Of a stretch of DNA of 64,000 nt, positions 9,625 to 18,799 are shown piece by piece. Within the stretch, counting starts at the first letter, position 1. Every line of letters starts with the position of its first letter. The DNA is from an uncultured Syntrophaceae bacterium (GTDB lineage: Bacteria > Desulfobacterota > Syntrophia > Syntrophales > UBA6807): the NCBI GenBank assembly GCA_964523565.1, contig CAZGAK010000006.1, positions 4,589-68,588 on the forward strand, read 5' to 3'. The notes under the pieces were generated by a model. The model ran no database searches. It was given only the letters and a program-made list of their open reading frames with translations, and was not told the DNA's origin. The translations under genes were made by a program, and so were the position numbers.

Positions 9625-10803
9625 TTATATCCCTGCTTCTTTTTTCAGATCTTCGACCATGTCCGTCTTTTCCCAGGGATAATCATCCATAAACAAGGTG
9701 GTCGGTATTTTCCTGTAAATATCGCCATTTAACAGTTCGAATCGTTCAATCATTCCTCCGGGGGTAAAATCGAAAACTGTTTCCACAATTTTTCCAAGTT
9801 CCTTATCAGGCATAACTCCCGTACCAAAGGTATTAATGTATATAGACATGGGCTTGGCAACGCCTATAGCGTAAGCCAGCTGAATCGAACATTTCGTTGC
9901 CAGACCGGAGGCTACAATGTTTTTTGCCGCATAACGAGATCCGAAAGATGCGGAACAGTCGACCTTTTCCGGCGATTTATTTACGACAGCACCGCCTCCT
10001 AACTGGGCGCCGGGATATGCACCATAGAACTGGCAGACAAGCTTACGACCCGTGACACCCGAATCGGCAGCACTGCAGGAATTAACAGCCTGCCATTCAC
10101 CGGTTGGATTGAATAAGAATTCTGTATCCTTGTCTACCCATTTTCCCAGGCAATCAAAGGCTTTCTCTTTTGCCATTTCTTCAATCTCATCTCTACCATG
10201 ACCTGCAATATGGCGATAATCAATGGCATTCGACATGAGTACCTTTGCTACCCTTACAGGTTTGCCATCGTCATCATAATCTACCGTTACCTGCCCTTTG
10301 CCATCAGGTGCAAAGAGGGGGCTTCTGGCACCCTCAAACGTCCTCATCATTCTGTTGACCAGCACGTAAGGAAGGGGCAAGAGCTCAGGCGTTTCATTAA
10401 TGGCAAATCCATACATAATCCCCTGGTCTCCGGCTCCTATTTCCTTGTATTTGCCAAGATCGGCCCGCGTACCGATGTTAATATCTGCTGATTGGGGGAT
10501 AATCGCATTAAAGATCCCCATTGAGTTTCCATTGAGTCCGACAGCCGAATCATTGTAACCCAAAGCCAATACGGTCTGACGAACAGAGTTTTCAATATCG
10601 ATATAGATTCTCGTGGCAACCTCCCCGCCAACAATACAAAAACCCTTTCCCAAAAATACCTCGAGACCGCAATGAGGCATTGTATTTATATCCATACCTA
10701 TCTTCTTTTCTTCATCCAGAATCTCGGCAATGACATTTGCCGCAATTGAATCTGCTACGATGTCCGGATGACCTATCTTGACTCCCTCAGATGTTATCTG
10801 CAT
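9625..10803 (-). CDS. metK: S-adenosylmethionine synthetase (divergent)
   Basis: TSEGV..GHPD, QSADI, GAGDQG, PDGKGQVT, TGRK and RYAAKNIVA; upstream of ahcY. Confidence 0.9.
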   Translation of the reverse strand: MQITSEGVKIGHPDIVADSIAANVIAEILDEEKKIGMDINTMPHCGLEVFLGKGFCIVGGEVATRIYIDIENSVRQTVLALGYNDSAVGLNGNSMGIFNAIIPQSADINIGTRADLGKYKEIGAGDQGIMYGFAINETPELLPLPYVLVNRMMRTFEGARSPLFAPDGKGQVTVDYDDDGKPVRVAKVLMSNAIDYRHIAGHGRDEIEEMAKEKAFDCLGKWVDKDTEFLFNPTGEWQAVNSCSAADSGVTGRKLVCQFYGAYPGAQLGGGAVVNKSPEKVDCSASFGSRYAAKNIVASGLATKCSIQLAYAIGVAKPMSIYINTFGTGVMPDKELGKIVETVFDFTPGGMIERFELLNGDIYRKIPTTLFMDDYPWEKTDMVEDLKKEAGI

Positions 10804-10824
10804 AAAATTTCTCCTTTGGCAATT

Positions 10825-11472
10825 TTATTGATCTGTTTTTTTATTCTCTCTATACATATAAATTGTATCACGTTCAGGCGGTGAAATAATACCGCCCGAT
10901 ATGATAAGCGTGAAGGCCTCCTCCACCGTCATATCGAGATTAATTACATCACTTTCAGGTATCATAATATAAAACCCTGATGTCGGGTTTGGCGTCGTGG
11001 GGACGAAGATATTAATGTTCTGCTGGGATGTTTTAGACTGCACCTCCCCCCTGGACATGCCTGTAACAAAAGCTACGGAATAAAGCCCCTTTCGGGGATA
11101 CTCTATAAGGACTACCCGCTTGAAACTCTGGCCTTTATCACCAAATATTGATTCGGCAAGCTTTTTCACTGCCATGTAAACACCACTGATGAATGGTATT
11201 TTGCCGAGAACCCACTCACCTAACTGGACAAGTTTGTTGCCAACAAAGCTTTTGACAACAAGCCCCACCATAAAGATTAATACAATCGTAAAGATAACGC
11301 CGAGACCCGGTATGTGGAAGGGAAGAACATTGTCCGGATGAAGCTTAGGGGGAATAATCTTGAGAAGATTGTCCATCATCTTTACCATAATAAAAATGAT
11401 ATAAGCTGTAACACCAACAGGGACAGTAGCAATTATTCCGGTCAGGAATATATTTTTGAATGTTTTTTTCAT
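10825..11472 (-). CDS. DUF502 membrane protein
   Basis: Two N-terminal TM segments, VVLIEYPR, FVPTTPNPTSGF and IISGG. Confidence 0.9.
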   Translation of the reverse strand: MKKTFKNIFLTGIIATVPVGVTAYIIFIMVKMMDNLLKIIPPKLHPDNVLPFHIPGLGVIFTIVLIFMVGLVVKSFVGNKLVQLGEWVLGKIPFISGVYMAVKKLAESIFGDKGQSFKRVVLIEYPRKGLYSVAFVTGMSRGEVQSKTSQQNINIFVPTTPNPTSGFYIMIPESDVINLDMTVEEAFTLIISGGIISPPERDTIYMYRENKKTDQ

Positions 11473-11541
11473 TTCTTAATCTTTGCAAATAATTTTAACT
11501 ACCCTTTAGCAAAAAGATTGTCTCTTTTCAATCAATCATTT

Positions 11542-11573
11542 AAAAAGGGGTGGAGATACTTCCCCACCCCTTT
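11542..11573 (-). terminator. Intrinsic terminator downstream of panD
   Basis: GGGGTGG/CCACCCC stem with flanking A and T tracts. Confidence 0.6.
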
Positions 11574-11591
11574 GTTAATCCAACATCAATA

Positions 11592-11810
11592 TTGATGGTC
11601 TCGTAAAAAGTCCGAATTTCCGTCGTTTTGTCATTCCCGACCTGATCGTTCGACTGAGCGTTCGACTGAGCTCACGCCGAAGTCTCACGTCGAAGTCGAA
11701 AATCCATAACTGTGTGTAATTACTGGATTCCCGCTCCCCGATCGGAGTCGAGGACAGGTTTCGCGGGAATGACAAATTGGCAAGTTTATGACTTTTTACG
11801 AAGTCATCAA
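11592..11810. mobile_element. MITE with 21-bp imperfect TIRs, TA flanks and nested palindromes
   Basis: TTGATGGTCTCGTAAAAAGTC ... GACTTTTTACGAAGTCATCAA, flanked by TA on both sides; internal GTCATTCCCG...CGGGAATGAC stem and CGACTGAGC repeats. Confidence 0.8.
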
Positions 11811-11816
11811 TATTGA

Positions 11817-12164
11817 TTATTTAATCCTGTTTTTTTCGTCAACAAACACACAATTTGCGGACCAGTTTTGTGCTGAGTCGTTGTCCATGGAAACATAAGT
11901 TACTATTATGATAATGTCACCCTTAGATCCTTTTCTCGCTGCAGCACCATTCAAGCCGATAACACCAGAATCTTTTTCGCCCTCAATGGCATAGGTTGAA
12001 AACCTCTCTCCATTGGACACATTGTATATGTTCACTTTCTCATAGGGAAGAATATCGGCAGCCTTCATAAGGCTTTCATCTATGGTGATACTCCCTTCAT
12101 AATCAAGATTGGCATCGGTAATGGTCACTCTATGAAGTTTTGATTTAAGCATAAATCTTTGCAT
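11817..12164 (-). CDS. panD: Aspartate 1-decarboxylase
   Basis: [21 protein letters not shown] and LNGAAAR. Confidence 0.97.
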   Translation of the reverse strand: MQRFMLKSKLHRVTITDANLDYEGSITIDESLMKAADILPYEKVNIYNVSNGERFSTYAIEGEKDSGVIGLNGAAARKGSKGDIIIIVTYVSMDNDSAQNWSANCVFVDEKNRIK

Positions 12165-12218
12165 CTCTGTTCTTTCCCCCTACAGCAAAAAGGCAAAACA
12201 GCTTTTTGCGCCTTTATT

Positions 12219-13076
12219 TCAGATATCCAATGGTTCCCCAAACACATAATTATCGATAAGCCTTGGCAGACCTACACGAACCGCCAGCGCTACGACAGAC
12301 TCAGCTTCCAGTTGTTCCACATCTTCCATTGTTGTGGTATCGCAAATCTTGACATAATCGATTTTAGCATGGGGGTGCCCTTCTATAAATTTTCGCATCT
12401 CCCCGATTATCCTGCTGGCATTCCGTTCGTCATTATCATACAGTTCCCTGGCAAGCTTAAGAGACCTGCTCAAACTGAGAGCTGACTCTCTTTCATTATC
12501 CTTCAGATATGTATTTCTCGAACTCATTGCAAGACCGTCAGGCTCTCTCACCGTCGGCATACCGACAACTTCAAGATCCATATTAAGATCATCTACCATC
12601 CTCTTGATCGTCACCAGCTGCTGGAAGTCCTTCTTGCCAAAGATCGTCACATGGGGCTTTACAATATTAAAGAGTTTAGCGCAAACCGTTGCTACACCGC
12701 TGAAGTGTCCCGGTCTCGACAAACCACACAGATTGTTTGTAACTCCCTCAACATCGACATAAGTTTGATAATGGTTGGGATACATTTCCTCGTTTGGAGG
12801 ATAGAAAATTACGTCAACGCCAACATCCCTGGCAAGCTTCTCATCCCTTTCAAAATCCCTCGGGTATTTTTCTAAATCTTCACCGGGGCCAAACTGGGTC
12901 GGGTTAACGTAGATACTGATAACCAGACAATCCCCCCGTTTCCTCCCATCTATCATCAGGTCCAAATGCCCCTGATGGAGATATCCCATAGTGGGAACAA
13001 ATGAAATTTTCTTCCCTGCCATCCTCATGGATTCGGAATATGCCTGCATTTCACGAACGGATTCAATAACTTTCAT
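12219..13076 (-). CDS. panC: Pantoate--beta-alanine ligase
   Basis: VPTMGYLHQGH, VNPTQF, RPGHF, FGKKDFQQ, GLAMSSRN and RLIDN; start reassigned to ATG 13076 because the longer ORF start lies in the leader terminator. Confidence 0.96.
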   Translation of the reverse strand: MKVIESVREMQAYSESMRMAGKKISFVPTMGYLHQGHLDLMIDGRKRGDCLVISIYVNPTQFGPGEDLEKYPRDFERDEKLARDVGVDVIFYPPNEEMYPNHYQTYVDVEGVTNNLCGLSRPGHFSGVATVCAKLFNIVKPHVTIFGKKDFQQLVTIKRMVDDLNMDLEVVGMPTVREPDGLAMSSRNTYLKDNERESALSLSRSLKLARELYDNDERNASRIIGEMRKFIEGHPHAKIDYVKICDTTTMEDVEQLEAESVVALAVRVGLPRLIDNYVFGEPLDI

Positions 13077-13088
13077 GATTTCCCCCAC

Positions 13089-13182
13089 AAAAAAAGCCTC
13101 TCCGTCTGAGACGGGAGGCTTAAACATACTACTTGACTTCTTCCCTTCCGTCCCAGTCCTTAACCGGATCCAGGCGGTTTGA
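13089..13182 (-). promoter_or_regulatory. pan-motif-like leader RNA with terminator/antiterminator
   Basis: Leader ACCGCCTGGATCCGGT..ACTGGGACGG; CTGGGACGG can pair with CCGTCTCAG inside the terminator GCCTCCCGTCTCAGACGGAGAGGC-T7 just upstream of panC. Confidence 0.7.
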
Positions 13183-13326
13183 GTTTGAGATGAGGGCTAC
13201 CAGAAAAAAATACCTCTGTCAAGGGATTTATCCTGAGCACGCCGAAGGATTTGTATCGAGCTTAGCTTAAAAGATATCAAGGGAGGTTTCAAGTAATGAT
13301 GCACGATTTCTCGTACATTGATCTGT

Positions 13327-13707
13327 TTATGGTTTCGCAAATTCTGTAATCTCACCGGCACTATCAACTTCATAATAGTGCCTTCCACCTGCGGGGGTTG
13401 CCCTGATCCAGGTGTTAGCCATTACTATGGTAACTTCGGTATCCGTATCCCGGAATCCTCCTTCCTGCAGTCTGGCAAAGGATAAGCCAGACCATTCCTG
13501 ACTCGCATTATCCGCCAGGTAGGACAGCGCCGCGGTGTATGCGTTCCTTGCCGCTGACAGGGCCGCAACATCCTCGGCGTTTTTCTTATACCTCATAAAG
13601 TTAGGAATAGCGATGGCCGCCATGATACCGATAATCGCGATGACAATCATCAGCTCAACCATCGTAAAACCTTTTTGATCCCTCTTTCTCCTCAATTTTA
13701 TTAACAT
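13327..13707 (-). CDS. pilA: Type IV pilin (short, aromatic-rich)
   Basis: Class III signal peptide KG|FTMVELMIVIAIIGIMAAIAIPNF; 113-aa mature protein. Confidence 0.85.
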   Translation of the reverse strand: MLIKLRRKRDQKGFTMVELMIVIAIIGIMAAIAIPNFMRYKKNAEDVAALSAARNAYTAALSYLADNASQEWSGLSFARLQEGGFRDTDTEVTIVMANTWIRATPAGGRHYYEVDSAGEITEFAKP

Positions 13708-13734
13708 AATATGCTTCCTCTGTCCGGCCTTCTA

Positions 13735-13888
13735 TGGTGCGAGACATTTGCATAACGTCCCCTTTTGACCAATTTCTGCGTCAGTCTCAAATTTTAATCC
13801 TCGAAATATCCAATATATTCCTATGGTTAAAATTTTCGCCTTCCTTGAACTTGAACAAAATTGAACATTCTGCAAAGGTCTCACACTA
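13735..13888. mobile_element. MITE with GAGAC(A/C)TTTGCA TIRs
   Basis: Left GAGACATTTGCATAACGTCC versus reverse complement of right end GAGACCTTTGCAGAATGTTC (16/20); internal hairpin; sits just upstream of the pilin gene. Confidence 0.7.
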
Positions 13889-14102
13889 TCACCGGCGGAT
13901 TATACGGCCGCTTGAAGCATGAAATAAGTGAATAACCTCTTTTAAATCCGTATCGATAAATCAATTTGAAAGAGTCTATACTAAAAATCCGGGACAAGCG
14001 CAACGACATGTTTCACGTCTGATGTGTGAAACGTATTACTTTGTTTTATAATATAAATGGATGTTATTTTTAAATCCTTCTTCACCACTAAAGTCAAAAC
14101 AG

Positions 14103-14963
14103 TTACATTTCGGGGAAAATAGCATTGCTAAGTCTTCCAAATTCTTCTACAGTCAACGTTTCTCCCCTTCTCTGTCCATCAATCTCCAGCCCGTTGAGAA
14201 TTTTGTCAATATCCGTTTTAGACGATCGTAAGAGGTCTGAACTTTTCAGATTGTTCAAGAGGGTTTTTCGTCTCTTTGAAAAGGCGGTTTTTACGACCTT
14301 AAAGAAAAAATCAGCATTCTTTACTTCAAACAGGGGCGTTTCTCGAACAACCATCTTCAGTACGGCAGAATCAACCTTCGGTTTGGGATAAAAACAACCG
14401 GCCGGAACCATCGTGACCCTTGAGGGTATCGTATACATTGAATTTATAACGGAAAGTAAACCATACTCTTTCGTACCGGGAGATGCCATAATCCTGTCAG
14501 CCACTTCCTTCTGGAACATCAGGACTATTGTCGAAATACAATCTCTAAATCCAATCAATCTGAATAATATCTGCGATGAAATGTTATAAGGAATATTACC
14601 GATCACCTTTAACTTCCGCAAGTCACCAACATGTTCCTTTATCTCGCCAAAGGCTGAGTAAAAATCATATTTCAGGACATCCTGCTTCAGTATCTCGATA
14701 TTAGAAAAATCTTTCAGTTCTTCTTGCAAGACGTTTAACAGTTTCGGATCTATCTCAAGGGCTATGACCTTTTGCGCATGCTCTGCAATCATGGCCGTCA
14801 TGACCCCCAGCCCGGCACCTATCTCGACAACAATATCATCATTGTTAATGTCCGATATTTTCACAATTTTTGCTGTGATATTGTTGTCGATGAGAAATGA
14901 CTGTCCCAGGCCCTTAAAGGGATGTATTCCATATTTTTTGAGGATACTTCGGGGAGATGTCAT
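14103..14963 (-). CDS. rsmA: 16S rRNA m6,2A1518/1519 dimethyltransferase
   Basis: LGQSFL, EIGAGLG, GNIPYNISS, MFQKEVA and PKPKVDS. Confidence 0.95.
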   Translation of the reverse strand: MTSPRSILKKYGIHPFKGLGQSFLIDNNITAKIVKISDINNDDIVVEIGAGLGVMTAMIAEHAQKVIALEIDPKLLNVLQEELKDFSNIEILKQDVLKYDFYSAFGEIKEHVGDLRKLKVIGNIPYNISSQILFRLIGFRDCISTIVLMFQKEVADRIMASPGTKEYGLLSVINSMYTIPSRVTMVPAGCFYPKPKVDSAVLKMVVRETPLFEVKNADFFFKVVKTAFSKRRKTLLNNLKSSDLLRSSKTDIDKILNGLEIDGQRRGETLTVEEFGRLSNAIFPEM

Positions 14964-15415
14964 ATCTGATGTTTATGTTTCTTTCTGATGGCTACCACGG
15001 TCTTATAGGCGATAAAATATGCCGGAACGGCAAAAAATGGCGCCATTATGATTCCACCTGCCAATAAGGGAGAGGCAACACACCATCCATTATTCACAAT
15101 ATGCCATATGGAATAATCGTTGAAAACAATCTGCAAATTGTTATTTCCCAGCAGGAACTTCCCTAATTGATATTGTGTAACATAAAAAAAAGGTATGGTT
15201 AGCGGATTTGATATTAGAAGAGAGCCAAGAATTGCGGCAGTAAAATTTTGCCTTAGTAAAAAAGTTAAAATGGCTATTAAAATGGTGTGAAACGGTATCG
15301 TCGGAGTTACCCCGATAAATATTCCGATGGCCATACCGAAGGCAATACTCTCCGGCGCCCCCTTGAGGCTAATGAATTGATCGTAAAATTTCCTGAATCT
15401 TTTCTTTGGATTCAT
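14960..15415 (-). CDS. DUF2062 membrane protein
   Basis: PESIAFGMAIGIFIGVTP...SNPLT; ATGA overlap with the tsaD stop. Confidence 0.85.
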   Translation of the reverse strand: MNPKKRFRKFYDQFISLKGAPESIAFGMAIGIFIGVTPTIPFHTILIAILTFLLRQNFTAAILGSLLISNPLTIPFFYVTQYQLGKFLLGNNNLQIVFNDYSIWHIVNNGWCVASPLLAGGIIMAPFFAVPAYFIAYKTVVAIRKKHKHQI

Positions 15416-16434
15416 ACTTGTTTCATGACAGACCCTGACTCCAGCGGCCATCTGGATATGGCATTCAAATCGAAATGATCCTTTTTCCCTTTTCTTAAAA
15501 GATTATCACCGACAACTGCTATCATTGCGGCGTTGTCTGTGCACATAATCACAGGAGGTATAAATACTTCTATGCCTTTATCCTTCGCTTTCTCATAAAA
15601 TCCATCGCGCAGCCTGCTGTTTGCCGCAACCCCACCTGATACCACAACCCTTGAAACAGAACAACCCCCGGCAGCCCGCAGGGTCTTTTCAACCAGAACG
15701 TCTACAATAGCCTCCTGGTAACTCGCCACTACATCAGGAATCTCATCTTCCGTTAAGGGATCTTCCCTTTTTTTAATATAGTTTAACAACGACGTCTTGA
15801 GCCCGCTGAAACTAAAGTCCAGGCTGTCTTTCATAGACCGTGGGAATTGAACATATGCGGGGTCTCCTCTTTTGGCCAGTTTATCTATCACAACCCCTCC
15901 CGGATACCCCAGATTGAGCATCTTTGCGGCCTTATCGAATGCTTCTCCGGCGGCGTCATCCCGGGTTTGTCCGATAATACTGAAATTCCCGAAATCCTGA
16001 ACAAGATAAATGATTGTATGACCCCCTGACACAACGAGGGCAATAAATGGAAAATCCGGTTTTTCTTCACTCAGAAAGATAGCCGCGATATGACCTTCAA
16101 GATGATTTACACCTACAAAAGGGATCCCTCGTGCGAAGGCTATTGATTTGGCTACGGAAAGACCAACCAGAAGAGAACCGACCAGACCGGGCCCTCTCGT
16201 AACAGCAATGCCTTCGATATCGCCAAGAGAAACCCCTGCATCATCCAGCGCCTGCATGATTACAGGAACGATAGCCTCTATATGTTTCCGGGATGCAATC
16301 TCCGGCACTATGCCGCCGTATTTGCTATGTACATCAATTTGAGAGGCAATAACATTAGAAAGAAGAGATGTGCCATTGTGAACCACGGCAGCCGCAGTTT
16401 CATCACAGGAGGATTCTATACCTAATACTAACAT
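15412..16434 (-). CDS. tsaD: tRNA N6-adenosine threonylcarbamoyltransferase
   Basis: GIESSCDET, HLEGH, SGGHT, DDAAGEAFDK and CTDNAAMIA. Confidence 0.97.
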   Translation of the reverse strand: MLVLGIESSCDETAAAVVHNGTSLLSNVIASQIDVHSKYGGIVPEIASRKHIEAIVPVIMQALDDAGVSLGDIEGIAVTRGPGLVGSLLVGLSVAKSIAFARGIPFVGVNHLEGHIAAIFLSEEKPDFPFIALVVSGGHTIIYLVQDFGNFSIIGQTRDDAAGEAFDKAAKMLNLGYPGGVVIDKLAKRGDPAYVQFPRSMKDSLDFSFSGLKTSLLNYIKKREDPLTEDEIPDVVASYQEAIVDVLVEKTLRAAGGCSVSRVVVSGGVAANSRLRDGFYEKAKDKGIEVFIPPVIMCTDNAAMIAVVGDNLLRKGKKDHFDLNAISRWPLESGSVMKQV

Positions 16435-16508
16435 ATTTTATTCTCCACAAAAGTAGCAAAAAGATATATAAGAAACATCATTATTTGTAAACAAGAAAGG
16501 ACAAGAAA

Positions 16509-18125
16509 GTGGAGATTCAAACCGATTTTCTGGTTTTGGGAAGCGGTATTGCCGGTTTTTGTTTTGCCATAAAAGCTGCAGATCTGGGAACAGTTGCCAT
16601 TGTTACAAAGAAAGAAAAAGTGGAATCAAACACAAATTACGCCCAGGGCGGTATAGCCGCCGTCACCGACAAAACGGACAGCTTTGAATCTCACATAAAA
16701 GATACTCTCACAAGCGGGGCAGGCCTTTGCAAAGAAGATGTGGTCAGAACAGTTGTCACCGAAGGTCCCGATAGAATTAAAGAATTAATAGAATGGGGCG
16801 TTGAGTTTACCAGGGCTGAAAACGACAATTCCACCATCTATGACCTGGGAAGAGAAGGCGGTCACAGTCGCAGAAGGGTCTTGCATTCAAGGGATTTCAC
16901 GGGAAGAGAATTAGAAAGAGCACTCGTTGAAAAAGCGGACTCGAAAAAAAACATCGAAATCTATGAAAACTTCTTTGCCATCAATCTTATCCTTGAATCA
17001 AAAGTTCCGGGAGGAAAGGTTGGAGTTGAAGGAGGAAGGAAAGATAAATGCATCGGGGCCTATGTCTTTGATGTAAATCATAACGTTGTTCACACCTTCA
17101 GGGCAAAATTCATCATGCTTGCAACAGGAGGATCAGGAAAAGTTTATCTCATCACCACAAATCCAGATATCGCAACAGGAGATGGCATAGCAATGGCCTA
17201 CCGTGCGGGAGCAGAGATTGCCAATATGGAATTCATCCAGTTTCATCCCACCTGTCTATACCATCCCGAAGCCAAATCTTTTCTTATCAGCGAGGCAATA
17301 CGAGGCGAAGGGGGCGAACTAAAACTAAAAAACGGCTCAACCTTTATGGAAAAATATCATTCCATGAAGAGTCTCGCACCGAGGGATGTAGTCGCCCGGG
17401 CCATCGATATGGAGCTGAAAAAATCGGGGGACGAATATGTTCTGCTCGATATAACTCACAAAGACAGAGCTTTTCTCATCGACAGGTTTCCAAATATATA
17501 CCAAAGATGCCTCGAATTCGGGATAGACATGGCAAAGTATCCTGTTCCAGTGGTTCCCGCCGCCCACTATCAATGCGGCGGTGTTGCAGTAAATTCTCAC
17601 GGGGAGACGAACATAGACCGGCTCTTCGCGTGTGGCGAGGTCTCCTGTACCGGCCTTCACGGCGCAAATCGCCTTGCAAGTAACTCCCTTCTTGAGGCGG
17701 TGGTATTCGCACACAGAAGCTTTATGAAAGTATCCGAATTGCTTCCCCAAACAAAGGATGAAACAATAGCCATCCTACCGTGGGACCCTAAAGGAGCAAC
17801 AGAAAGTGATGAATCCGTCGTTGTTTCGCATAACTGGGATGAAGTCAGATCGTCCATGTGGAACTACGTTGGCATCGTCAGAAGCAATAAAAGATTAGAG
17901 AGGGCAAAAAGAAGATTGGATCTTATTACCCGGGAAATTGAGGAATACTACTGGAACTTTACCATAACCAGAGATCTCCTGGAACTTCGGAACATCGCCA
18001 CGGTGGCAAAACTGATCATAGAATGTGCACAGCTGAGAAAAGAAAGCTGCGGCCTTAATTATAACCTTGATTATCCCGAAAGAGACGACACAGGGGGGTT
18101 AGAGGATACGATTATAAGAAAGTGA
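16509..18125 (+). CDS. nadB: L-aspartate oxidase
   Basis: GSGIAG, YAQGGIAA, EGGHS, QFHPT, LISEA, AHY and HGANRLASNSLLE. Confidence 0.95.
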   Translation: MEIQTDFLVLGSGIAGFCFAIKAADLGTVAIVTKKEKVESNTNYAQGGIAAVTDKTDSFESHIKDTLTSGAGLCKEDVVRTVVTEGPDRIKELIEWGVEFTRAENDNSTIYDLGREGGHSRRRVLHSRDFTGRELERALVEKADSKKNIEIYENFFAINLILESKVPGGKVGVEGGRKDKCIGAYVFDVNHNVVHTFRAKFIMLATGGSGKVYLITTNPDIATGDGIAMAYRAGAEIANMEFIQFHPTCLYHPEAKSFLISEAIRGEGGELKLKNGSTFMEKYHSMKSLAPRDVVARAIDMELKKSGDEYVLLDITHKDRAFLIDRFPNIYQRCLEFGIDMAKYPVPVVPAAHYQCGGVAVNSHGETNIDRLFACGEVSCTGLHGANRLASNSLLEAVVFAHRSFMKVSELLPQTKDETIAILPWDPKGATESDESVVVSHNWDEVRSSMWNYVGIVRSNKRLERAKRRLDLITREIEEYYWNFTITRDLLELRNIATVAKLIIECAQLRKESCGLNYNLDYPERDDTGGLEDTIIRK

Positions 18126-18190
18126 AGGCTCCGCCGCCTGCAAGCTCGTAATTCGTAATTTGCAAAACGTTATTCGATTTCCGTTTTCCG

Positions 18191-18799
18191 TTACTTTCCC
18201 CATTCAAGCTCAATTTTTCCCAGTACACTGGTGAAGACAAGTTTTAACTGTTGCGTTTCGAACAACGGGGGAAAAGGAGAGAACTTGAGACTATAAAACA
18301 TCCCGTGATGTTGATTTACGTACGGGAAAAATTCCACAATGACAGGGGTAATCTTTTCAATCTTTCTCACCTCTATGGGATATACCCTGCTTCCTTTTTC
18401 ATCTGCGAGAAAAATCTTCCAGATAGAACCGGCTTTTGAAAAATCATTTGAATCCTTCTCGGGGATATAAGCATAAAACAGAAACTCTTCGAAATCAGAT
18501 GCGAGGTCAATGTGTAGCTCCTGCTTCGTTTTCTTTTCCGAATCCGTCAAAAGATATATTCTCGAGTACTCTGCAAGATAAGCCTCGTTAAACTCACTGC
18601 CTTTATACGTCGCAACAATATGGGCCCTGGTTTCAAACTGAGAATACTCTGTCTTGTCCCTGGTCCACTTATTTAAGGCGCTAAAATACTCTTTCGAGAT
18701 ACTTTCGTCTTTTACTATGTCAATATATTCTTTAACCTCGCTACAGGCAAGACAGATCATCAAGAGAATTAATAAAACTCCCCATACTCTCTTCTTCAT
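18191..18799 (-). CDS. Hypothetical lipoprotein
   Basis: MKKR, a hydrophobic stretch and lipobox CLAC; GGAG RBS. Confidence 0.75.
   Translation of the reverse strand: MKKRVWGVLLILLMICLACSEVKEYIDIVKDESISKEYFSALNKWTRDKTEYSQFETRAHIVATYKGSEFNEAYLAEYSRIYLLTDSEKKTKQELHIDLASDFEEFLFYAYIPEKDSNDFSKAGSIWKIFLADEKGSRVYPIEVRKIEKITPVIVEFFPYVNQHHGMFYSLKFSPFPPLFETQQLKLVFTSVLGKIELEWGK

Noticed and set aside
9950-18055. Arg-to-Cys changes in conserved motifs of metK (VDCS) and nadB (ESCG) as a sign of RNA editing or recoding
   Set aside because: Only two cases, each explainable by one C-to-T transition; other conserved Arg codons are normal.
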